Source of the DNA: a virus
Lineage: Duplodnaviria; Caudoviricetes
Strand: one strand, 5' to 3'
DNA: 58,148 nt
IMG/VR virus record: IMGVR_UViG_3300027707_000021
Span: 1-58,148 of that record
Part shown: one piece after another, positions 45,660 to 56,660 of the stretch
Numbering within the stretch: the first letter of the stretch is position 1
Layout of the letters: the number at the start of each line of letters is the position of its first letter
The notes under the pieces: model-generated
Told to the model about the DNA's origin: nothing
Database searches by the model: none
Seen by the model: the letters and a program-made list of their open reading frames with translations, nothing else
Made by a program: the position numbers and the translations under genes

Positions 45660-47123
45660 ATGGCTTATTTTAATCATGCGTTTTACAAAACGTTTGTTGC
45701 TACTTCAACACAAGCATCTGCTAGTGTAGCAACTTCAGCATTAACTGCTGGACAGCTTGGTTTAGTTACTGATTCTACTTGGCAAACTATTGCTATTTCA
45801 GGAGGTACTTTACCTGCAAACTCATTAGCTTACCTTGTACAAGGAAGTTATTATAGTAAAGATACTATTGGAAACAACCCTGGTAATGGAGGTTATCAAG
45901 AATCAGTTAAATCAAAAGGTATCAACCCTAAATTTATTTCAAGAGTATGGGCAACTAATTGTATATCAGCTATACAATCTACTGCATCTTTATCTTTAGG
46001 TTCAAATTGCGCTCCTTGTGGAAAAACACAATTCATGAGACTTGACATTAAAGGTTCTCCAACATTACGTTTCTTAAATCATAATGCTTATGCAATTGGT
46101 GATAGTGCAAATATTTGTTGTATTGATGGACAAGAATTTTTAGATCCAGCATTAGTTTCTGCTACTATGGCTAAAATGGTTCTTGCTAATCCATTAATTA
46201 AACCATTTATTGCTGAAGGAGATGTTAATGGTGTATCTACTGCTACATTAGCAGGTGGTTCTGCATATTCTGCTGCTAATGGTGTTGCTACAACTGGTGG
46301 TTCAGGATCTGGTTTTAAAATTAATATTTTAACTGTATCATCTGGAGCTATTGCTACTTATAGTGTTGCCGCACGTGGTACTGGATATGTTGTAGGTGAT
46401 GTATTAGCTGTTGCTGGTGGTACTGCTGGAACTTTAACAGTTACTGCTCTTACTGCAGGTGGTGTTGTAGTTACTGCAACTACTGGTGCTGTAAGTGTAC
46501 AATCTGTATATACTATTGAACAAGCTTTAGGAGCTGCTGGTTCTGGAAATTATGTTGCTTCAACTGATCCTAATGGTACAACTAAAGTTACTGCTACAGT
46601 TAATTTTGTAGGAGCTTATGTTGATACTAAATTTGGTAACTGTTCATTTGATACTAGAGATCATTTCAATGCTGAGCCTGTAGTTATTATTGCTTCTATT
46701 TTGGATGAAACTGGTAACCCATGTAATGATTGTGGTGTTGCTACTAATACTCCGGGTCAAATGCAACAAACTCAAGGTGAAAATGTAATTAGAGATTTGA
46801 TATTATCTGAAAGATACAGACAATCTCCATTCAATCAAGGAAATGCAGATAGTGCAAGAATTAGAGAGATAGAGATGTCAGATGAAATCTTAAGTGCTGT
46901 TGATAGAACTGCTACTTATAAAGCATATTATATTCAACACACTATTCCAAGATTTAATAATCCAAGTGGTGTATTTGATAATGATCAATATGTTTACCAA
47001 GTATATGTTAAATGTTCTGACACTTCTGCTAACACTGCTGTATTAGCATTGATTAATAAAGTGATTGCATTAGCAAATACTGCAGGAAACAATATTGCAT
47101 TAGAAACTAATTCTTACTGGTAG
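45660..47123 (+). CDS. structural protein (possible auxiliary capsid or tail protein)
   Basis: 487 aa Ala/Gly/Thr-rich with an inserted GxGY-type beta domain; own promoter and terminator. Confidence 0.65.
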   Translation: MAYFNHAFYKTFVATSTQASASVATSALTAGQLGLVTDSTWQTIAISGGTLPANSLAYLVQGSYYSKDTIGNNPGNGGYQESVKSKGINPKFISRVWATNCISAIQSTASLSLGSNCAPCGKTQFMRLDIKGSPTLRFLNHNAYAIGDSANICCIDGQEFLDPALVSATMAKMVLANPLIKPFIAEGDVNGVSTATLAGGSAYSAANGVATTGGSGSGFKINILTVSSGAIATYSVAARGTGYVVGDVLAVAGGTAGTLTVTALTAGGVVVTATTGAVSVQSVYTIEQALGAAGSGNYVASTDPNGTTKVTATVNFVGAYVDTKFGNCSFDTRDHFNAEPVVIIASILDETGNPCNDCGVATNTPGQMQQTQGENVIRDLILSERYRQSPFNQGNADSARIREIEMSDEILSAVDRTATYKAYYIQHTIPRFNNPSGVFDNDQYVYQVYVKCSDTSANTAVLALINKVIALANTAGNNIALETNSYW

Positions 47124-47156
47124 TAGATATACCTTAAATGGTAATTCTAAAAATTT

Positions 47157-47192
47157 AGAGTAGGGGGTAAAAACTCCTACTCTTTTTTTTTT
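47157..47192 (+). terminator. intrinsic terminator
   Basis: AGAGTAGGGG-GTAAAA-CTCCTACTCT followed by a T run. Confidence 0.85.
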
Positions 47193-47248
47193 CTTTATTG
47201 TAATTTTTTTGTATATTGTATATATAGTATATCAAAATAAATATAAAA

Positions 47249-47821
47249 ATGGCTGACAAACATATATTAAGCTTAGAAATACCAACAGTATCTAACTGTA
47301 ATCTTTTATGTATTAAAGATACTAGTCAATATTCTTCAGACCTTGCTGTTGATTGTGAAGAATTATTAATTACACTTCCTGGATTTACTGTCCCTGTCTT
47401 ACTTAAAATGACAAAAGATTTTGATTTATGTTTGACTGCATGTTCTCTTGCAATACAAAAACTTAATTGTAGAACTATACAGCAAGAAATTCCTGATGGA
47501 ATTTATATTGTTAAATATAGTGTTTCTCCTAATTCAAAAGTTTATGTTGAATATAATCATTTGAGAGTTACCAGACTATTGACAAAATATTATGAAGTAT
47601 TGTGTGATTTAAATATTCAAGCATGTCAACCTCAATCATCTAAACAAGATTTATTAGCTCAAATGGGAAACATTAAAATTATGATTGATGCTGCTATAGC
47701 AAATGTTGAATATTCTCAATCACCTGTTCAAGGTATGCAATTATATAATTATGCAAAAGAAGCATTAAATAAAATAATTTGTCCATCAGGAAATTGTGGT
47801 GGAAAAACATATTTATACTAA
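47249..47821 (+). CDS. Cys-rich structural protein
   Basis: 190 aa, IPDGIY.VKYSV. Confidence 0.65.
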   Translation: MADKHILSLEIPTVSNCNLLCIKDTSQYSSDLAVDCEELLITLPGFTVPVLLKMTKDFDLCLTACSLAIQKLNCRTIQQEIPDGIYIVKYSVSPNSKVYVEYNHLRVTRLLTKYYEVLCDLNIQACQPQSSKQDLLAQMGNIKIMIDAAIANVEYSQSPVQGMQLYNYAKEALNKIICPSGNCGGKTYLY

Positions 47822-47866
47822 TAGTATACAATAATATAGATTTAAATAAACCAAAAATAAATTAAT

Positions 47867-48070
47867 ATGAATTGTGCAAATTGTAACAAAACGTTTACCT
47901 GTGGTTGTCAAAAAGCATATGATGATCAAGGAACAGCTATATGTAAAACATGTGTAAATGAATGGGCTAATAAAAGATTAAGTGGTGAGGTACCTTCACA
48001 AGTATTACCCACAAGAGATTTAAACTTAGAATTAGCTGCTCAACAAATTAGAGATTTAAGAAATAAATAA
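47867..48070 (+). CDS. small Zn-finger-like protein
   Basis: CANC...CGCQ...CKTC. Confidence 0.6.
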   Translation: MNCANCNKTFTCGCQKAYDDQGTAICKTCVNEWANKRLSGEVPSQVLPTRDLNLELAAQQIRDLRNK

Positions 48071-48072
48071 AT

Positions 48073-48573
48073 ATGGAGCAATCACTTATTAAAAGAATTA
48101 AGATTGAACAAAATTTTGCAGTACAAGCATATACAAGTTTTAAAGAAATTAAATTTGGTATAGAACCTTGCTGTTATAATGATTTTGAAACAGCAACTTT
48201 AAATAAGTATTTATGTGATTGGCAAAATAGTGCATCTAATAAAATCATTATTTATAGTGGAGAAACTGGTGTATTTATTGAACCACTATTAACTATTAAT
48301 ACAGAAGCAAGTATGTCTTGCCCGGCTGTACCAACTAATGTTTGTACTATAATAGATTTAGAAACTATATTATCTAATAAAGGTACATACATACACAATC
48401 AAAGTATACCATCTGCATTTTGGGTTATAACACATAATTTAGGAACTTTTCCTTCGGTAACTGTAGTTGATGCTTTAAATCATGTTGTTATTGGTGATAT
48501 TTCATATAATAATACAAATACATTGACAATAACATTTACTACTGAATTTGCTGGATATGCATATTTAAATTAA
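48073..48573 (+). CDS. structural protein with W.I.HNLG..P domain
   Basis: WVITHNLGTFPSVTVVD...FAGYAYLN. Confidence 0.7.
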   Translation: MEQSLIKRIKIEQNFAVQAYTSFKEIKFGIEPCCYNDFETATLNKYLCDWQNSASNKIIIYSGETGVFIEPLLTINTEASMSCPAVPTNVCTIIDLETILSNKGTYIHNQSIPSAFWVITHNLGTFPSVTVVDALNHVVIGDISYNNTNTLTITFTTEFAGYAYLN

Positions 48574-48578
48574 AAACC

Positions 48579-51500
48579 ATGGCAATTAAGTATTTAAATA
48601 ATATTGATTTAGTAACAAATGAATTGCAACATGCAGTTATACAACCATTAATAAGTCCCCCAACAGATTTAACTGCTAAGTTAGGTCAAGTATATTATAA
48701 CACACTTGATGATAAATTAAAAATATATACAAGTGTTGGTTGGGTAACAGTTGGTGGTGTTAGTTCTATAACTTCAGGTAATATAAATACAATTACAATT
48801 GGAGGAACTATTTTTAATCCAACAGTTTCTGCTAATACAGCACCAGTAACTAGTGGTTCATTAAACTTAGTTACTGGAAATGATGTTTATAATTTTATTT
48901 CTGCATTTGGATATGTACCTTCAACAAGACAGTTATCTATAAATGGCACTCAATATGATTTAAGTGTTGATAGAAGTTGGAGTGTTGGTACGGTTACAAG
49001 TGTTTCATTTAATTTAGGAACAACCGGAACTGATTTAAATTCAAGTATAGTTAATAGTACCACTACTCCGGTAATAACATTAAATGTCCCTACTGCAAGT
49101 GCTAGCAATCGTGGTGCTTTAAGTGCTGCTGATTGGTCTACTTTTAATGCTAAACAAGCTGCTTTAACTTTTGGTAACTTAACAAGTACGGACATAACTG
49201 TAACAGGTGGTACTGCTTCTATTATAGGTGCGGGTTCTATTTTAACTTTAGCTACTGTTAATGCTAATGTAGGAACATTTGGTTCATCTACTGCTATTCC
49301 AGTTATTACTGTAAATGGTAAAGGTTTAATTACAACTTTAACAACAACTGCTGTATCTATTCCTTCAGGTGCATTATCTTTTATAGGTGATGTAACTGGT
49401 AGTGGAACTACCGGTTCCAATACTACTTTAACCTTAGCAATAGTTAATACTAATGTAGGTACGTATGGTTCATCAACTAGTGTCCCTACTATAACAGTAA
49501 ACGCTAAAGGATTAGTAACTGCAGCAAGTCAAACCACAATACCAAGTGCAACTAGTTCTATAACTGGTTTACTTACTTCAACGGATTGGGTAACATTTAA
49601 TAGTAAACTTACACGAAATACCGCAATAACAGGAGCAACTAAAACTAAAATAAGTTATGATGTAAATGGATTAGTTACAAATGGAGTAGACGCTACCACT
49701 GCTGATATTGCTGATTCAACTAATAAAAGATATGTTACTGATGCTAATTTAATAGTAATAAATAATACTAGTAACACAAATACTGGTGATCAAGGATTGC
49801 AATCAGTTACAGATATAAATGCTATAACAACTAAAACAATTACAGCTGCGTCATTTATAAAAAATAGTAGTACTGGAACAAATATACTTCTTGATGATGG
49901 TAACACAATACCAATATCATCAATAGATGGTACAGTTACAAGTGTTGGAGTCTCTATGCCTTCTGCATTTACAGTTACAAACAGTCCAGTAAATACAAGT
50001 GGAACTATTGCTGTCACTGGAGCTGGACTGGCATCACAGTACATAAGGGGTGATGGACAGTTGGCATCATTCCCAGATATAGCAGGTGGTGGTGGTGGAC
50101 AGGTCTACTACTGTAATGGGGGAACATCACAGGGGACTATAGGTGGCAGTGCCTTCTATCAGATATCAACTGGAGCAATTTTATTAACAGGTGTTGACTT
50201 CACATCAGGAACAGTTAACAACGTAGCATTTGCAAACTTTATAACAGATATAGGAAAGCCCACACAGGAGGTAGTTCCTGCAGGTGTTTGGATATTTCAG
50301 TGCTACCTATCAGCATCTGCCACCAACTCATTAGAGGTTTACTCAACTGTTGAGATTTATGATGGATCTACATTTAATGTGTTAGCTACATCTTTGGTTG
50401 AGGTACTGACTGGAGGAACAAGTATTGATCTGTACACTTTCACGTGTGCTGTTCCAGAGTTTGACCCACTTGTAACAGCTGATAGGATAGCTATTAGGTT
50501 TTATCCATCTAACTTAAGTGGAGGAAATACTATTACACTTCACACGCAGGACTCTCACCTGAGCTCTATACAGACAACATTTACAACGGGACTTGCTTCA
50601 TTAAATGGACTCACATCTGCATCACAACTATTTGCAAAAGGTACATCAGGAAATGATTTTAATATTTATTCAGCAGGTGCAACACACACGTTTAATATTC
50701 CAGATGCATCATCTGCATCGGGTAGAAGAGGTCTATTGATAGCTGATGATTGGATAACATTTAATAGTAAAGAACCTGCAATAACTATAGGAACTACATC
50801 CCAATATTGGAGAGGTGATAAGTCATTTCAAACATTGAATACATTAGCGGTGCCTGAACTTACTAATCTTTACTATACAGATTCAAGATCAAGACTAGCA
50901 CTATCTTCTAGCGCTACAGGTCTAACATACACTAATACAACAGGTGTCTTTAGTCTTACATCTGGTTATTTAATACCTACATCAGCTAGTTACAATAATA
51001 CTAACTGGGATACAGCGTATGCTGATAGAAATAAATGGGATGGTGGAGCAACTGGATTAAATGCTTCTACAGGTAGAATATCACTAGGTGCAAATACAAT
51101 TGGTAGTAATGTATTTACATCAACAAATCCATCAGCTATTACATTTTTACAAGCTAATGCAAATAATACAGTTTCATGGTTAGATGCTGCGTCATTTAGA
51201 ACTGCAATTGGTGCAGGAACTGGTGGTGGTTCTGTTACATCAGTAGCTGCATTAACACTAACATCAGCAGTAGATACTGATTTAACAAGTACGGTTGCTA
51301 ATTCAACTACAACTCCAGTTATAACTTTAAACGTGCCAGATGCTGGAGCTGGTTCAAGAGGTGTTGTTACAACTGGTGCGCAGACATTTGCAGGAGTTAA
51401 GACTTTTGCTACTAATGGAGTAAAATATCCAGGAACTGGAAATGGATTGATAGCTACAATAAATGGAGGAGGTATTTTAACTACATTACCTGACACTACA

Positions 51501-53768
51501 TATCCAAATTTGACAGAATTAACTTTTGTTAGAGGCACTACAAGTAATATTCAAACACAATTAAACTATGATGCTTCTGCTATACAAAGAGGAGCAGTAA
51601 CAACAGGAGTTCAGACATTTGCAGGCAATAAAACATTTTCTGGTACTGTAAGTGCAGTAGAATTAAAACTTCCTAATATTGCAAATCAAACATTATTAAT
51701 TGCTGATTCAAATAATTTTATAACAGGTTTAGATACTGATATATATCCTAACCTTAATGAATTAGCACTATTAAAAGGTGTAACAAGTAATATTCAAACA
51801 CAATTAAACTATGATGCTGGACCAATCCAAAGAGGGGCAATCACAACAGGAGTTCAGACAATAGCTGGAAATAAAACATTTGTAGGTTCTTCAATTCTTA
51901 AAGGAACATCAGTAAATGACGGAACATCACTTGGACCTGAAATACTAACAGTAGCATCAATTTCAACAAACTGGGTAGGAACATCATTTGCTAATGGATA
52001 TGTTCATTCTACTGGGAGTACAAGTGTGTTACAAGCTTCGCAGAATGTGCTTACGGATTCATTATATCAAGTTCAATACACAATATCATATACAGGTGGT
52101 CCAGCTGGTTCATTTACAATTAGTGTAGGAGGTGCTACTAGCCCAAGTAAATCACTTTCCGGAACTGGTTACTATACTGCTTTAACTACAAGTATTACTC
52201 CATTAACCATAACTCCATCATCAACATTTAATGGTAGAGTTATTTTTAGTTTAAAAATTATAAATCCATCAAGTTCTGTAATGACCATTCAGTCTAGTAA
52301 CGGGGTTATAAGGAATGAATTTAGGTATTCTACAACTGGAGGGTCTAATATGTTTTTAGGTTTTAATAGTGGAGGATATAATTCTTCTGGAAGCTCTAAT
52401 ACATTTGTTGGTTTTAATAGTGGTAGATTTAATTCTACTGGAAATGACAATACAGCTTTAGGGCAAGGAGCTCTATATAATAACACTTCTGGAAGCGCCA
52501 ATATAGCTATTGGAGGACGAGTTTTGTTAAGTAATTTAACTGGTAATGACAATACAGCCATTGGAACTCAAGCCTTATTTTCAAACATAGGTGGTTATAA
52601 TAATAATGCCTTTGGAACAGCTGCTTTAACTCTTAATACAGAGGGATATAGTAATAATGCCTTTGGATCAGCTGCTCTTGGAAGTAATACCACTGGATAT
52701 GCCAATGTTGCTATTGGTGAACAAGCTTTACAAGCTAATACTACTGGTTATTATAATATAGCTTTAGGAACAAATTCTGGTAACAATGTTGCTGGGGGAT
52801 CTAATAATATAACAATAGGATACGGTACAACTACACAAGCAGCCAGTGACCAATCTTCAATTGTAATAGGAACTGCAACAAACGGACTAGGAAGTAATAC
52901 TACGGTAATAGGAAATGGTAGTACGGTTAAAACAGCTATTTATGGTAACTTATTATTAGGTACAACAACCGATATTGTAAGTTCACGTTTAACAGTAAAC
53001 AGTACTACACAAGGATTTTTACCACCAAGAATGACAACTACACAAAAAAACGCAATAGCAACTCCTGCTACTGGGTTAGTTGTTTACGATACTGATTTAT
53101 TAGCTTTATATCAATATAATGGTTCAGCTTGGGTAGTACTTGGTGGTGGAAGTGGAACAGTTACATCTGTTGCTGCATTGACATTAGGGACAACTGGTAA
53201 TGACTTATCAAGTACGGTAGCTACTGGAAATACAACTCCTGTAATAACATTAAATGTACCAAACGCCAGCGCAACAGCAAGAGGTGTAATTACAACTGGC
53301 GCACAAACAATAGCAGGAGAAAAAACATTTAGTACTTCACCTAAAGCACCAACTCCAGCAATTGGGACTAATGATACAACATTAGCCACTACAGCTTTTG
53401 TTAATGCTATTGTTCCTGGAAATATAGTATATAATATATTGATTGGCACTGGAACAGGCACGGGAAATATAACCACCGAAACAACTGGAACATCAGGAAG
53501 TTTACCTTATACTCAGAATGGTAGAAATGTAATGATTAATAATGGAGCAACAGCAATATCTGTGGCTGCAACTATAATTAGTACAGCTGCTGATTTTATA
53601 GCAAGTTATACTAAAATTGGATCAGCAACAATTACATTTACATTTACTGGAACAGGAGCAATATTAATAGCCCCCAATGGGGCTATACTAAGTGGAAGTG
53701 CTGGAAGTACCGCATTGTTAACAAAGAATGGAACAACTGTGTATTTATTAATTAATAATTTAATATAA
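48579..53768 (+). CDS. long tail fibre / adhesin-like protein (1729 aa)
   Basis: Thr/Gly/Ser-rich with internal repeats, N.A.G..AL..NT.G beta-roll repeats, STTQGFLPPRMT..Q and APTP...NDT.LATTAFV motifs. Confidence 0.85.
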   Translation: MAIKYLNNIDLVTNELQHAVIQPLISPPTDLTAKLGQVYYNTLDDKLKIYTSVGWVTVGGVSSITSGNINTITIGGTIFNPTVSANTAPVTSGSLNLVTGNDVYNFISAFGYVPSTRQLSINGTQYDLSVDRSWSVGTVTSVSFNLGTTGTDLNSSIVNSTTTPVITLNVPTASASNRGALSAADWSTFNAKQAALTFGNLTSTDITVTGGTASIIGAGSILTLATVNANVGTFGSSTAIPVITVNGKGLITTLTTTAVSIPSGALSFIGDVTGSGTTGSNTTLTLAIVNTNVGTYGSSTSVPTITVNAKGLVTAASQTTIPSATSSITGLLTSTDWVTFNSKLTRNTAITGATKTKISYDVNGLVTNGVDATTADIADSTNKRYVTDANLIVINNTSNTNTGDQGLQSVTDINAITTKTITAASFIKNSSTGTNILLDDGNTIPISSIDGTVTSVGVSMPSAFTVTNSPVNTSGTIAVTGAGLASQYIRGDGQLASFPDIAGGGGGQVYYCNGGTSQGTIGGSAFYQISTGAILLTGVDFTSGTVNNVAFANFITDIGKPTQEVVPAGVWIFQCYLSASATNSLEVYSTVEIYDGSTFNVLATSLVEVLTGGTSIDLYTFTCAVPEFDPLVTADRIAIRFYPSNLSGGNTITLHTQDSHLSSIQTTFTTGLASLNGLTSASQLFAKGTSGNDFNIYSAGATHTFNIPDASSASGRRGLLIADDWITFNSKEPAITIGTTSQYWRGDKSFQTLNTLAVPELTNLYYTDSRSRLALSSSATGLTYTNTTGVFSLTSGYLIPTSASYNNTNWDTAYADRNKWDGGATGLNASTGRISLGANTIGSNVFTSTNPSAITFLQANANNTVSWLDAASFRTAIGAGTGGGSVTSVAALTLTSAVDTDLTSTVANSTTTPVITLNVPDAGAGSRGVVTTGAQTFAGVKTFATNGVKYPGTGNGLIATINGGGILTTLPDTTYPNLTELTFVRGTTSNIQTQLNYDASAIQRGAVTTGVQTFAGNKTFSGTVSAVELKLPNIANQTLLIADSNNFITGLDTDIYPNLNELALLKGVTSNIQTQLNYDAGPIQRGAITTGVQTIAGNKTFVGSSILKGTSVNDGTSLGPEILTVASISTNWVGTSFANGYVHSTGSTSVLQASQNVLTDSLYQVQYTISYTGGPAGSFTISVGGATSPSKSLSGTGYYTALTTSITPLTITPSSTFNGRVIFSLKIINPSSSVMTIQSSNGVIRNEFRYSTTGGSNMFLGFNSGGYNSSGSSNTFVGFNSGRFNSTGNDNTALGQGALYNNTSGSANIAIGGRVLLSNLTGNDNTAIGTQALFSNIGGYNNNAFGTAALTLNTEGYSNNAFGSAALGSNTTGYANVAIGEQALQANTTGYYNIALGTNSGNNVAGGSNNITIGYGTTTQAASDQSSIVIGTATNGLGSNTTVIGNGSTVKTAIYGNLLLGTTTDIVSSRLTVNSTTQGFLPPRMTTTQKNAIATPATGLVVYDTDLLALYQYNGSAWVVLGGGSGTVTSVAALTLGTTGNDLSSTVATGNTTPVITLNVPNASATARGVITTGAQTIAGEKTFSTSPKAPTPAIGTNDTTLATTAFVNAIVPGNIVYNILIGTGTGTGNITTETTGTSGSLPYTQNGRNVMINNGATAISVAATIISTAADFIASYTKIGSATITFTFTGTGAILIAPNGAILSGSAGSTALLTKNGTTVYLLINNLI

Positions 53769-55843
53769 TGAATCCAGCAGTTTATTATTTATCAAGTTTA
53801 GATACTAATATTCCATACATCCCAACTCCAGTAGAAATTCCTAACGGACAAATATGGGATCAATATAACTTAAACACTTCTGTATATAGTGATGGAACTC
53901 TTATACCAAGAATAAGTGTTTCGGGTGTATGGCCAACTTTAACCACAGGTGCATGTAGATTCTATGATAATGACTCTAATAATGCTAATTTATATGGTAG
54001 ATTATATAACTGGTATGCTGTAAATGGCATAGATGGAACAGGTATAATAAAAGATATAGCCCCTGCTGGTTGGAGGGTAGCCACTCTTGATGACTGGCAA
54101 GCATTATCAACTTATTATGGAGGTAATACAGTGTCTAGTGGACCTTTAAAAGAGTTTGGGACTACTTATTGGCTATCCCCTAATACTGGTGCTGTTGTTT
54201 CCCCTAATTTATTTAGGGCTAGAGGGGGTGGATTTGCAGCAGCTACAGCAAGTAATTTTCTTAATATAAAGTCAAGTGGTTACTGGTGGCCATTTGGAGC
54301 TGCAGATACAGATAACTTGGTTATGACATATAACAGTGCAGTCTTATCTTTTAATACGACTGGACTACCTACTAGAGGATACTCTGTTAGACTTATTAAG
54401 AAAGATATTGTAATAGATGGATTTACAACCACGCTATCTTCTTATGATGCAAATTCAATAGAAACAGGGGGAGATATACCAACATCTTATGATCAAACAA
54501 TTAGTGATAAAGGAATTGTGTGGGGAACATCTCCTAACCCGAATATAATAGGACAAATAGCTAATAAAATGTCTAGCGGCAGCGGAGGAACAGGGTCATA
54601 CGCAATAACAATTTCTGGTTTAACCCCGTCAATAACATATTATATTAGAGCTTATGCAATAGTAACAACAGGGCCCACTCAAGGAACTGCTTATGCCGTA
54701 CAACAGACAGTTACATTGCAGAGTGCATTAGCGTCAATTTCAACTAACTCTATAACTTCAATAGAAGCTACTAGTGCTGTTAGTGGAGGAAATATTACAT
54801 ATATTAATTCTGAATATCCTGTTATTACTAGTGGTTTAGTTTGGAGTACATCTATTAATCCAATAGTAACTTTAAATACAAAAACTACTGATGGACCTAC
54901 TGGTACAACTACTGGAAGTTTTTCAAGCACTATGACTGGGTTATTGCAAGTTACTCATTATTATGTTAGAGCATATGCTACTACCAGTTTTGGAACAGCT
55001 TATGGGGCAAATGTTGAATTTGAAACAATTGCTGGAACTGTACTATTATATGCATTCTCATTAAGAAGAGTTGTTGCAGGATATACTGGGCCTGCTATAA
55101 GAGTTAGAAATGGTGGATCAAGTAGTTCTCCTCAGTTTGATGTTGGTTTTGATGCAAATGGGAACTTAGATATTTATGGACAATTTGGTCTGCTAACCCA
55201 AATGACTTCAGCAAACATAGGGTATGTTAATAAATGGTATGATCAAAATGGGAGTGGTAAATTTATGGGAAATTCTGCTCAGAGTAGAGAACCAGTTATA
55301 GTAAATGTAGGAAAAGTATTAGTAACTAAAACTGGACCAAATGGACAAATAAGACCAGCTACTAATTGGGGAGCTCCCAATTGCCAAGCGACTATAACTG
55401 GCGTATCTATACAAGTTGCCAATATATCTAATTTTATAGTTTGTTCTAATAATACAAGTACTGTTAATCAAAGAGGTATAGTTATGAGTGGTTATATATT
55501 CCCTAGAGTTGTTAGCGGAACTTCAGATAGCTTCTTTTATAATTCAGGAATCAGATTTAGTATGGGGACCACTTCATCAGCCACTAAGGTATATAGTAAT
55601 TTAACAACTTCAACTACTGCATACGCCTGGAAAAATAATTCTTTAGTTGGAACATATATAGGTAATGGAACAGCAACAAGTACATCGGTTCTTATAGGAA
55701 TAAATCCCACCACTGGTTCAGAAGAATTTAATGGAACTATACAAGAGATATTATTTTATACAGGAGACTTATCTCCAAGTGGTGTTAATAGCAGATCTAC
55801 AATAACAACAACCATAATGGATTATTATGGAATAAACCCATAA
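53768..55843 (+). CDS. receptor-binding/tail protein: FISUMP (Fib_succ_major)-like plus two FN3 plus ConA-like domain
   Basis: YGRLYNWYAV, AP.GWRV...DW, GYSVRLIK; GLTP..TYYIRAYA-type repeat twice; AFSLRR...WYDQ.G. Confidence 0.75.
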   Translation: MNPAVYYLSSLDTNIPYIPTPVEIPNGQIWDQYNLNTSVYSDGTLIPRISVSGVWPTLTTGACRFYDNDSNNANLYGRLYNWYAVNGIDGTGIIKDIAPAGWRVATLDDWQALSTYYGGNTVSSGPLKEFGTTYWLSPNTGAVVSPNLFRARGGGFAAATASNFLNIKSSGYWWPFGAADTDNLVMTYNSAVLSFNTTGLPTRGYSVRLIKKDIVIDGFTTTLSSYDANSIETGGDIPTSYDQTISDKGIVWGTSPNPNIIGQIANKMSSGSGGTGSYAITISGLTPSITYYIRAYAIVTTGPTQGTAYAVQQTVTLQSALASISTNSITSIEATSAVSGGNITYINSEYPVITSGLVWSTSINPIVTLNTKTTDGPTGTTTGSFSSTMTGLLQVTHYYVRAYATTSFGTAYGANVEFETIAGTVLLYAFSLRRVVAGYTGPAIRVRNGGSSSSPQFDVGFDANGNLDIYGQFGLLTQMTSANIGYVNKWYDQNGSGKFMGNSAQSREPVIVNVGKVLVTKTGPNGQIRPATNWGAPNCQATITGVSIQVANISNFIVCSNNTSTVNQRGIVMSGYIFPRVVSGTSDSFFYNSGIRFSMGTTSSATKVYSNLTTSTTAYAWKNNSLVGTYIGNGTATSTSVLIGINPTTGSEEFNGTIQEILFYTGDLSPSGVNSRSTITTTIMDYYGINP

Positions 55844-55851
55844 AAAATAAT

Positions 55852-56208
55852 ATGATAAAAATTAGCACTAAAAAAGAAATTGAAATTAGAAATGCTACCT
55901 ATGAGGTGATAGATAGCAAGGTGGTAACACTGTCGGTGCAGAATATAACGCAGGACAGGAACGGAGTAACTGCCAGTGGTTTCTACTACTACACCACGGA
56001 TGATGGCAACATAGTAAAGCTAAAGGATAACAGGACATATATGTCTTGGGAAGATATTGAAGAAATTGAGTTCAATAGTTTAAAACCTATGACTGATGTA
56101 AACTACAAAGAAGCTAATTTTGAAAGATTAAAAGAATTTGTTGTATTAAAATTAGCTGAGGAGTCTGGTAAGAACTTTGGTATCCTAATGGAAGATTGGG
56201 ATATATGA
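55852..56208 (+). CDS. hypothetical tail-associated protein
   Basis: 118-aa ORF. Confidence 0.65.
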   Translation: MIKISTKKEIEIRNATYEVIDSKVVTLSVQNITQDRNGVTASGFYYYTTDDGNIVKLKDNRTYMSWEDIEEIEFNSLKPMTDVNYKEANFERLKEFVVLKLAEESGKNFGILMEDWDI

Positions 56209-56263
56209 CATAATAAATAAAATCAATATAAAATAATATATAATAATTTAAAACAAAAATAAA

Positions 56264-56593
56264 ATGATACAATTTAATTGGATTATTTCAGCAATGAAAT
56301 GTAAAGTAGAAGTAGAAGGTTTAAGTGATGTAGTAACAACTATTCATTGGGAATATAATGCCACAAAAGATATTGATGAGAAAACTTATTTTGCAGAAAG
56401 TTATGGAGTAACACCAGTTCCTATGCCCTCTGGAAATAATTTTACACCTTATGAAGAATTAACTAAAGAACAAGTAACTGGTTGGATAGAAGATATATTA
56501 GATATAACTGCTATGCAGTTAGCATTAGAGGCTAATATAGAATTACAAATTAATCCAATAGATGTTACATTGCTACCACCATTTGAAAATTAA
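56264..56593 (+). CDS. tail-fibre-associated small protein
   Basis: DVV..IHW...FTPYEELTKEQV.GW...P..V...PP motif. Confidence 0.7.
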   Translation: MIQFNWIISAMKCKVEVEGLSDVVTTIHWEYNATKDIDEKTYFAESYGVTPVPMPSGNNFTPYEELTKEQVTGWIEDILDITAMQLALEANIELQINPIDVTLLPPFEN

Positions 56594-56660
56594 TTAATAA
56601 AATATTTATAAAGTAATAAATAAATTATATATTTGTAAAATAATTTAAAAACCTAAAAAA

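Noticed and set aside
1293-54930. Many short antisense or nested ORFs in the track (e.g. 5657, 12013, 27462, 28606, 35645, 41474, 48950, 50990, 53111)
   Set aside because: Shadow frames opposite well-supported genes, with no motifs
51540-55843. Diversity-generating retroelement TR/VR pair in tail genes
   Set aside because: No reverse transcriptase in the window; the repeats are in-frame coding duplications without adenine-specific mismatches
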